A DNA stretch of 64,000 nucleotides from Eledone cirrhosa. Taxonomy: Eukaryota. Shown here piece by piece: positions 54,276-64,000 of this stretch. Within the stretch, counting starts at the first letter, position 1. Each line of letters starts with the position of its first letter. A model generated the notes under the pieces. That model did no database searches, had not been told where the DNA came from, and saw only the letters and a program-made list of their open reading frames with translations. A program made the position numbers and the translations under genes. Where the stretch lies: positions 322,586,001 through 322,650,000 of the forward strand of contig OZ024742.1 of the NCBI GenBank assembly GCA_964016885.1, given 5' to 3'.

Positions 54276-55781
54276 AAAGAATGAGAAATAAGATAGATTG
54301 AAGGGACGGGTGAGATGGAATTGGAAAAAAATTTCTTTAGATAAAAATAACAGGTCCATTTATGTTGACATCTCTTGGAAATATATATAGCCAAACAAAG
54401 GGGTGGGTGGACCCTTCAGTTGTGTCCTTGACACAACTGAAGGTACAATGCAGCCAACTGGCCAGACTTGTCTCACAACGGTACCATCTAGTTCCAGGCT
54501 GTAAATGTGGTTGGTAGTAGGAAGGGCATCCAGCAGCTGTAAAAACACAGGCCCACTATGAGCAAGGCAGGGTGTGGCCATCTGGCCAGGCTTGGCTCAT
54601 AACAGAACCTCCCAGTAACATGGTCTACTATGAGTAAGGCTTGGCATGGCCAACTGCCCTGGCCTCCCTCGTAATGGGGCCACCCAGCTCCCAAATTATA
54701 GTTCTGGTGTGAGCAGGGTACAGCGTGGCCAACTGGCTAGATCCCCCTCATTACAATGCCATCCAGTTGGACCTCTGTCTGTTACAATGATGAAGATTAC
54801 AGTTTTATGAACAACAGACCAGCTGCTCATGGAATTAACATGCAAGTGGCTGAGCATTCCACCTACATATGTATGTAACATAATTCTCAAGGAAATTCAG
54901 CATCACACAATGTTTGATAAGGCTGGTCCTTTGAATTACTGGTGCAATTCATTTTTTCCAGCTGAGTAGATTGAAGTAATGTGAAATAAAGTGTCTTGCT
55001 CAAGCACACAACATTCCACAGGCTGGAATCAAACTGATGATCTTATGATCATGTACAAACACCCTAACCATTAAACCAGGTGCTATTACACACACATACA
55101 TAACATCTGATGATCTATGGAGATAATTAAGGGGACTCAAATGTATGTTGAAAGGGGATCTTGGTAATTGACACAGTCAAGCCTTCTTTTTTTTAGGGAG
55201 ATAAGGTTTCATGTAACTGGAACCAAATTGCCGAATCATATCTCTGGGATCACCAATACTGCAATCACATTACACCACCATCACACCCTCAACTCTCTCT
55301 TCCTCTCTGTCTTTCTCTCCTCTTCACTCCACTTTTCTGTACTGTCTCCTCTTCTTTCTCCTCTTCTTTCTCTCCTTTTCTATTTCCCTCCCCTCTCTCT
55401 CTCCCTCTCTCTCTATCTCCCCCCTCTCTCTATCTCTCCCTCTCTCTCTCTCCTTCCCCCTCTTTCTCCCCCCTCTCTCTCATCCTTTCTCTCCCCCTCT
55501 CATCTTTATTTAAAAGAATGGTAACTCTGAATAAAAACTTATTTGAACCTTAACCTATCCAACCCATGCCAGCATAAAAAGTGGACATAAAACGATGATG
55601 ATGGTATAAAGAAGCAGCTTGATTTTTTTTTTTTTCCATTTCAGAGAGTTGTTTGCAAAAATCAGCCTAATTTTTTTTATTGCCATATCAGTTATATGTC
55701 TGATGGTCTGATACTCTTTCAATGACCATTCACCATTGATCTTTCAAAAACCATTCAGTTTTGACCTTTTTCTACTTGCAG

Positions 55782-55880
55782 CAAATTCCAAATGTATCAC
55801 CAACAGGGCGTTATACAACGGCAGTGCCTCTACTGTTCATCCTTACAGTGTCTGCCATTAAAGAAATAATTGAAGATTGG
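55782..55880 (+). CDS. ATP8A1: ATP8A-like flippase coding exon (99 nt): [33 protein letters not shown]
   Basis: Acceptor tttttctacttgcag| and donor tgg|gtaagt; TM1-TM2 loop and TM2 of ATP8A. Confidence 0.96.
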
Positions 55881-57055
55881 GTAAGTAATGTGCCAGAGAA
55901 TGTTCTTCATGGAATAAGGGGATGGCAGTGGGGGGCGAGGGGAGAATATTGACCCTAATACTAATGCCATGATGAAATGCACCCAGCACACTCTTGTAAA
56001 GAGGGTTGTAAATGATTGGAGTTGGTGTTGGGTGGAGAGCACCTTTTAAATATGCCAAGTATATCACAGCCTTTTGATAGGCAGACTTATTAGAGTGTTC
56101 CATCGAATGTTGCAGTAGTGATAAGGGCATCAGATGGAATGTTTTGCAGTATTCGTTCCAGCTCTCTACACTCCGAATTCAAATCCTGTTAACCTTCCAG
56201 GATTGATACACAAAGTAACTGTCCAGTACTGTGAATGATTCTTTTCATCTTTTCTGGGTGTCTGTTTGTCCCCTCCCTTCCCCCACACACATTCTGTGGA
56301 GGAAATCAGCTGAGATTAAACCTAGAAAGGGATGGACACCATCAGGTATAAAAACTACCCAAGACACACCAGCATATGTCATGAGGGTGCCCCTAGCCCC
56401 TACAACTCCATTAAGGGATTATGTAATCAGTGATACAAAGATATATATATATATATATTTCTAGCCAGAAAGGTCCCTTTGGTCTTGTTCAAAATATAAC
56501 AACCTCTTTAGTGCTGGTGCCATGATAAGATACAGCCAGTACATTTTATAAAGTGTTAATGCTAGGGCCTATGAAAAATTGCATCCAGTATGCTCTGGAA
56601 AGTGGAAGTGCTAGTGCCACAATAAAATGGACCTGGTTCACTCTGTAAAGTGGTTGATATTAGGAAAGGCATCCAGACATAAAAGCTACACCCACATATG
56701 TAATGTATAAGCAAGCTGACAACCTGTCCAGCCTACGCAAGGACGGGAAGAAGTCAGCCATAAAATGATTATGTAAGAAACCATTTTTCTCAAATAACTT
56801 CTAGTAAGTTTTATATGCTAGCTATGTCTGTTTACTGTGTCCTATTTCTCCAGTTGTAAATAATACTGTACATGACATCATAGTTTATTTGTTTCTGATA
56901 TGGTAGAGGTTTAAGAAATCTGTGATATAAGACATGTCAATATCAGGAAAGAAAGTTGATATACCTTTCTTTTTGTTTATTTCCTTTTCAGTGTCCCTCC
57001 CCCAATTCATATCAGTGCCATCGCTTACATTTATAATTCTTTTTTCTTTTTTTTT

Positions 57056-57102
<47 letters not shown>

Positions 57103-57649
57103 CTGTGTGTATGTATATAGCTCAAGCATGACTATAGGTGCAAGCATTACTGTATGGTTAAGAAGTTTGCTTTGTAACCAAGGGATTTGGAGTTCTATCT
57201 CACTGTGTGATAACCTTCTGCAAGTGTCTTCTATTTTTTAAATTCCTTTTTTAAGACTGTCTTTAAAAAATTGGCTGTTATTTCTAATAAGTCAAGTTTG
57301 AGAGCTTACTCTCTCTTACCAGTCTAAAGGCACTGAAATGTCAAAGGCACTATTCTATCCCTGACTAATTTTTTTTTTTTTTCAAGTATTTTATTATATC
57401 ATTACATGTGATATTAATCAACTAAATTTACAAGTCAACTATATTTCCTGGCTTTATTTAGATTATTTTGGGTGGTTAGAGGGCATTCAATTAAGATTTC
57501 AACCCTTTTGATATATATATATAATAAATGAAATCTAGCACAAGATGTTAAAAGCCTTAAATAGAGAAGGTATTATCTAGCTGGATGGCAAAGATCTCTG
57601 GAAAGGCACCTAAGCAATGGGAATCAGGAGTGATAATCCCAATTTTCAA

Positions 57650-57875
57650 ATACATGTGGCTAGAATGTCTCTGGAAAGAATTGCTGGACAGATTTTATGG
57701 GCAAGACCAACCAGCAGGGGACCCAGAAGTAGACCCAAGTAAGATGTTTGGATAACATTCATGAGCTTGGCTAGTCTCGCATAGGGATCCAGCCAGATCA
57801 GTTGGAGACAGTTGATTCTGATAGGACTCTGCCCCACAACCCTCTCAGGAATAAGTGGGCAAACAAGAAAAAGAA
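57650..57875 (+). mobile_element. 3' terminal fragment of the same RTE LINE family
   Basis: gctggacagattttatgggcaagaccaaccagcagg and ctctcaggaataagtgggcaaa are shared with 28320-28535 and 63120-63330. Confidence 0.85.
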
Positions 57876-58405
57876 TTGTAAATCATAAGTGGTGTCTTTC
57901 ATTAGAAATATGATAACAAAGGGGTTAAAGATAAAAAATTCAAGTGCAATATTTTTCTGTTAATAATTGAAACATTTTAAAAAGCCATAATAATATATTT
58001 TGTTCAAATATTTACTGTAGTAACAAATTTTATGATTTGAAAGCTTAGCAACAGCCAAATCAATATTTATATGTGAAGCATAGGACTCTGACTTGAGTCT
58101 GATGTTCTGGTGCAATAGTAATGGGTTGAAAAAATGTGGCAAGTGATGCGGGAATTAATATATTCATCATCACTGTCATCATTATCACCATTATTATCAC
58201 TACTGTCATCATTATCACCATCATCATTCCAATCCATACCACCTTACACACTAAGTCAGTCCTTTATGTTCAGTTATATAAAAGAAATGTTATTTTTTTA
58301 ATGTGCATCACAGATAGTGAAGTATTTTAAAATAAACATCACATCAAAGTGGATCTAGAAAATTTATATATATATATGTGTGTGTGTGTATCTTTATATA
58401 TATAG

Positions 58406-58445
<40 letters not shown>

Positions 58446-59276
58446 GGAATCAAAGGACCTCAAAATAAACCTAGCAATGACTAATGTAGGAAACGGTCAT
58501 GCTTATTATGCTCTGTTATCTGGTGGGCTCTGGGGAAGCTTGGTGTGGACCGTGGCTTGTAAGGGCGGTTGCACAGTGATGAATTTAAAATCCTCAGTCC
58601 ACTTCTGTTTATCACTGTTCATCAAGCTGTCCCACCTTCCCTACGTGCAAAGTTAACTTACAGTCAGTATGTCCCTCCTAACCAAATGTACACCCAACCC
58701 ACTATCCCTACTCCATCCTACCACTCCCACCAACGCCACCCTTTCTCTGTAAAGTTATGTTGGTACCACAACATCCAGTTCAAACTAAAGAGGTCATGTA
58801 GGTCTCGCAACAAAAAAACACAGTCCACACTGAAATGTGGCCATGTAGGAAACACTGTAAATGTAGTTGGTGTTAGGAAGGGCATCCAGCTCTAGAAAAC
58901 CTGCCAGATACAGTTCTATACGAGCAAGACACAGTCACCCAATCAATCTTGCCTCCAGTGGGACTATACCCGTCTAACCCATGGTAGCATGGAAGATAGA
59001 TGTTAAATGATGATGATATATATATATATGAGTGAATGGGTATATAAGTCTATCAAATACATATTTCTTTATATTTGTTTGGATGATATACACACCTTCG
59101 ATTAAAACTATTTATCATTTTTTCAATTTACAAGGAAATTTGTATTTTCTGGCATGTTTACATGCCTACATATTAAATATGTGTATATTTATATGCACAT
59201 TGGTGCAGTCTTGGTTACACACTCTGTATGTATACAGATATAACTTCATTGTACACTTTGGTTGCTAGTGACCTTC

Positions 59277-59280
<4 letters not shown>

Positions 59281-59342
<62 letters not shown>
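59281..59342. repeat. (TA)n microsatellite, about 31 units
   Basis: Direct reading. Confidence 0.98.
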
Positions 59343-59346
<4 letters not shown>

Positions 59347-59814
59347 CAATATGCTCTTTCCTCTTGACTCCCCCTCCCGCAGCTGTCTTCTTTCTCTTTG
59401 TCTGTCTTCCCCTTCTCCACCCATTCCTATACTACCTTTCCTTTCCTAAGGACACAACAGTTGACCTAGAGCTGGCGCCAGCCCACTCTGAATTGGTAGT
59501 GTTGGCATCACAATAAAATACACTTAGTTTATCATGACTATGGCACTACCACCTTACAGTGTGTGTGTGTGTGTGTGGAGGGAAGTAAATGATCTAAATA
59601 TTGTGAAATGCTTTAATTTATACTAGAAATCAAAATTTTGTCAACTGTGTTGACTAGCTCTATCTAATCTCTTTGTGTGTGTATAATCCACAAACACAGC
59701 TTTCTTTAAGTTTTCGTGAAGAAACTAAATAATTCTTATTCTGTCAGTCTGTAAAACTATGAGTCAGGTACTTGTATTAATAATATTAATGAATTTTTTC
59801 TCACTCTTTTACAG

Positions 59815-59860
59815 AAACGACATAAAGCTGATGAAGGAGTTAACAATCGAGAAGTGTTGG
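59815..59860 (+). CDS. ATP8A1: ATP8A-like flippase coding exon (46 nt): KRHKADEGVNNREVL(x)
   Basis: Acceptor ctcttttacag| and donor g|gtaagt; KRHKAD..VN motif, in phase 0 with the previous exon. Confidence 0.93.
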
Positions 59861-61379
59861 GTAAGTTATTATTACTATCATTATTGTTTTCTAAGGGTTT
59901 TGAAGCCATTAACCCATTACTCTGTATGGTATTTTTACCACATAATACTTTTTCATCATTCAAATCCTGACAAAGTCAACTTTGCCTTTCATCCTTTTGA
60001 GGTCGATAAAATAATGCATCAGTCATGTACTAAGGTCAATATAATTGGTTTTCCTCTTCCCAAAATTGCTGACCTTGTACCGATAGAAAGAAATGTGATT
60101 CAGATAGGTTACCATATCCTCAACAACAAACTAAACAAGCTCTCTCTACCTATGTTCTCTTTCTATTGGCAGCCACAATATAAAATATATGCAACATAAA
60201 ATAACAACTGTTTTAAGACCATTTCCCCTGCAAAAGAAAGAGTTAGTCTTGCAGGCCCCATGACAAGTTTCTCCATTTTGCTCTTTACTCAGCCTCTTCC
60301 CCCTCAATATCTTCTCCTCCATAATCTTTAGCCATGTCTCCTCCTCCAGCAACATAAAATAAAAAATAAATAGATAAATGTAAGGAATGTTAGTGTGTTT
60401 AATGTTCTGCGTTATGTGTTGTAACATTTTTTGTTAATGGTAAAATAATGTGTGTGGAGAGAGAGGGAGAAAGATAGAGAAGGTGTAGCCTCTATAGGGA
60501 GGAAGGAATATTAAAGCAAAGTATTTTTGTATGGAAGCTTAATGGGTGAGACACAGTGGAGTGGCTTTTGATGTAGAGGGGAGCAAAGTTAGGTGATCAA
60601 GTGTATTGTGGTGACTCTTATTTCTTTCAGTGTTCTGGATGCTTATTCTCCTCATACACACATTCACACACATTCACACACATTTGTCTCTATCTATATG
60701 TAAATATGTCTTAAGTTTCTCTATAAATGTACATGTGCTTGAGTATTTTTCTTTCTAAGCATATATGTATGAATGTGTGTCGGTGTAATATATGTATGTG
60801 TATATGAATGTATGAAATATGTGTGTTTGTGTCAAATACCCCACAGTGACAAAACATTATAACTATGAAAACATGTGTGTAAGAAACGGTGAACTTTTGA
60901 TGTGGTGCTATCAAATATGCTCTTTGAAATGGCCTGCTAACATTTTATGTTTCTGTAGGAATTACCAAAATGTTCTGTATGACATTTCTCTGCTGTTACT
61001 GCTACTTTTACTATAATTGATACTGTTGGTATTGTAGTGGTGGTGTTGGTGGCAGTAGTAGTGGTGATGATGGTACTGTTACTACTGTTACTGTTGTTGG
61101 TACTGATGTTACCACTGTTGCTAGTATTATTTCTGTTGTTGTTAGTATCATTACTACTGTTATTGTTGTTGTTGGTATTCTTGTTACTAGTTCAATTGCT
61201 ATCAAGACATTTGTCTTATATTCTTCTTGGAAACACTCTCATGGAAGCCACAACCATTCTTTCTACTGTAGATATATATTAATTCCATTTGTGTCTATTT
61301 GTCTGTCAATGCCATATGAATTTGCATAGTTGTGTACTCTGTATGTATGTATGTATTTGTTTATGTATGGGCATGTGTT

Positions 61380-61660
61380 TTTGTGAACTCTATATGAACC
61401 AGTGTATCTTTGTATGTTTATGCACTCTATATAAATGTGTGTGTATTTGTGAACTCCATATGAATGTGTGTTTGTGAACTCTATATGAATGTGTGTGTGT
61501 GTTTGTGAACTCTATATGAATGTGTGTGTGTTTGTGAATTCTATATCAACATGTTTGTGAACTCTATATGACATGGTTGTGTAATCTATATGAATGTGTG
61601 TATTTGTGTACCCTGTGTGAATGTGTGTGTATTTGTGTACCCTGTGTACCCTATATGAAT
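61380..61660. repeat. Degenerate ~28-32 bp repeat (tttgtgaactctatatgaatgtgtgtg)
   Basis: Recurring unit with variable (tg)n. Confidence 0.75.
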
Positions 61661-62595
61661 GAACAAGTCTAGCCAACAGACCGATATTATGGGAGCTGGG
61701 TGGGCATGTTATTGGGGAGGTCTGGCTGATTAGTCATGCTGGGACCTGAGTTGCTCATAGTGGGACTATGTTCTTGACTTTGATTTCATAACAGCTGGAT
61801 GCCCTTCCTAATCACAAGCCATCTTGAAGGTGTGGACTGGGTTAGGTTGTCAACTCAGGTTTTTTGTCATATGTCGTGGCACCAGAGGTCTGTCCTGAGT
61901 CATTTCCGTCGAGAGGTGTGTTTTTATATTCAATATTGTTGTATGCGTATAAGTGTGTGTGTGTGTGTGTGTTTTCCATGTTGCCTTGCTATGACCATTT
62001 CAGTTAAGTTCTGGTTTGTGTTAAATATAAATAGCCATTGCCAGTGGGCTCTCTTTGTAGGTGGAAAAATAAGGATACTTGTCTGTTCATCAGAAGACAA
62101 CAATCTAGGAAATATCTAAAGACAATCCCTATCTTTGTCTGTGTACAACAGAAATTCAGTCTACAATAAATTTATCTTACATTGTTTAATATATACTATG
62201 TTGAGAATACATATTTCCTATTTAGATAAGTTTATTTTAACTTCAAATTTTCTTGGATGCACCCTGCATATTCTGTAAAGTGGTTGGTGTTAAGATGGAC
62301 ACCTAGCCATAGAAATTATGCCAAGCAAAAAATCTTGAGGATAGTAGCTTAGATTATAAAAAGTACTTTTTTAAATATATTTATTTATTCATTTTATAAT
62401 AGATGTGAAGGTGAGGTTTGTTTTTCAGAAACAATTGTCACTAATAAAATAATTTAATTTTATCTTTGCTATTTGTTGTATTATTACTGTTGTGCTCAGT
62501 ACCACCACATTCATACAGTGTAACATGAGGACTCATTCTTGTCCAACTTTATGGAATATACCACTGATAAGAAGATTCTTAAAATTACTGAGTGA

Positions 62596-63330
62596 GGATA
62601 TGGGTTTGATGCTGAGTGCTGCATCGCTGGAATGAAAATCAGTGATGCGAAAAGTAAGACACGTGTCTTCTCAAGGGAGCTTGCGCAGTGCACTCTACAT
62701 GTGAATGGAGTTCCTCTGAATCAGGTGGAAAAGTTCAAGTTTCTTGGGGCTTTGTTCATGAGTGATACAAGGTAGGAGGCTGAATTAAGTGCAAGAATTG
62801 CAGGAGCTGGTGCACTAATGCGCCAGCTTCAACATTCGGTAATTAGAAGAAGAGAGGTAGGTGTTAAAGCCAAACTCGCTATCTTCAATTCGGTATTCGT
62901 ACCAATCCTTACCTATGGTCATAAATCTTGGGTAATGATCGAAAGAATACGATCGCGAATACAAGCAGCTGAAATGGGGTTGCTCCGAAGGGGTTTTTGA
63001 GTAATGTTACTGGATAGAGTATGTAGCCTGAAGATCTGAGAGTCACTCCAGGTAGAGCCGCTACTTCTCCAAATTGAGAGATCACTGCTCCAATACTATG
63101 GGCATGTGGTTAGAATGTCTCGGGAAAGAATCGCTGGACAGATTTTATGGGCAAAACCAACCAGCAGGAGACCCAGGGGTAGACTCCTAGCAAGATGGTT
63201 GGGAGACATCAATGAGCACAGCTGATCTTGCTTGGAGATCCTGCTGGATCAATTGGAGACGGTTGCTTCTAACAGGACCCGCTGGAAGGAGTGTTTGAGG
63301 ACTTTGATCCCAAGAATGTGGGTAAAGAAG
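62596..63330 (+). mobile_element. 5'-truncated, decayed RTE-clade LINE (RT C-terminal region and 3' end)
   Basis: MRQLQHSVIRRREVGVKAKLAIFNSVFVPILTYGHKSWVMIERIRSRIQAAEMGLLRR, preceded by AGMKIS and LHVNGVPLNQVEKFKFLG; contains stops and frameshifts. Confidence 0.92.
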
Positions 63331-64000
63331 TTATACATAGAGGTCAAATATATGTCAAATATATAAGTTGCTTTTAGCAAGAGTATTTGGCCAAAGAAAT
63401 GCTGCCAAAAAACCTTGTTTAACCCATGCTAACATGGCAAAGCAGGCATAATCAATGTTGTCCAAGCCAGTTTGGCAAAACAGACAAAATCAATGATGAT
63501 GATGATTGACATAGTAAAAAAAATACTTCATATATTTATTGCTTACCATTCTACTGATAGCTAACATAGCCAGGTGTTCCATTATTTTGTGTTAAGGTGT
63601 TTACTGGATGTTAATAGAATTCTTTGCTTAGTATCATTGAGCTGTGTTTTGATATCTTACTACTACTAGTAATAATAATAATAGGTCATCATCTCCACTC
63701 TTTCTCTAGTTCTTCTACTTTGAGAGAGAAAACAACCCGTTTTCAATCTTAGACAGAACTATCCATGCTGACACATGCATACGCACATAGATACAGTAAA
63801 CATACATGTACATATCACACTCCATCATTTCTTTCCTGATCTCTTAAAAGACATCTATACCAAAATTGTGCGAATGGAGTGTACACACACAATCATTTTT
63901 TTATTGTTTGGTACATTAATAATCTTGAAAGCATTTGGAAATAATCTGTTTAGGAGAAAAAATTGACAAGTCCTGACATCTTTTTCCGGAAACTACTTCT

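Larger units (their letters stand above)
29627..59860 (+). other. ATP8A1: Span of partial multi-exon gene: P4-ATPase phospholipid flippase, ATP8A subfamily (N-terminus, TM1-TM2, start of A domain); continues past the window end
   Basis: Four exons splice in frame to [121 protein letters not shown]. This matches the ATP8A1/ATP8A2/Drs2 N-terminal signature ([39 protein letters not shown]). Introns are 20271, 5663 and 3934 bp, all GT-AG. Confidence 0.93.

Noticed and set aside
59827-59856. CTGATGAAGG hammerhead-like start
   Set aside because: It lies in the coding exon (A-D-E-G codons) and lacks stem II and GAAA.
60631-60700. Strong-looking acceptor ttatttctttcag|
   Set aside because: The in-phase translation (VFWMLILLIH) has no P4-ATPase similarity and runs into simple repeats.
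60847-60960. Possible next ATP8A exon (cag|tg...CVRNGELLMW resembles VLRNG.W)
   Set aside because: Weak polypyrimidine tract, extra non-homologous residues and no suitable donor. The true exon probably lies beyond 64000.

Overview
AT-rich, repeat-dense animal genomic DNA. The SINE and LINE repertoire and microsatellite load suggest an octopod cephalopod, which is an inference. The only host gene supported is the 5' part of a P4-type ATPase (ATP8A-like phospholipid flippase) on the + strand. Four phase-compatible GT-AG exons lie at 29627-29747, 50019-50118, 55782-55880 and 59815-59860, with a possible first coding exon at 6369-6393. The gene continues beyond the window. The introns hold large minisatellite arrays (39-bp, 52-bp, 16/18-bp, ~41-bp and ~24-bp units), several tRNA-derived SINE families, decayed RTE, Tx1/L1 and CRE-like LINE fragments, and hAT and piggyBac-like MITEs. 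The most unusual signal is a set of short elements in (TA)n microsatellites. They form long palindromes and/or carry hammerhead-ribozyme-like motifs (22.4-22.7 kb, 48.4-48.6 kb, 53.6-53.8 kb, 54.15-54.38 kb), and two share a 3' tail. They are best read as Penelope-like retroelement or retrozyme-like remnants. The long Thr-, His-, Pro- and Val-rich ORFs in the ORF track are artefacts of triplet-based satellites.
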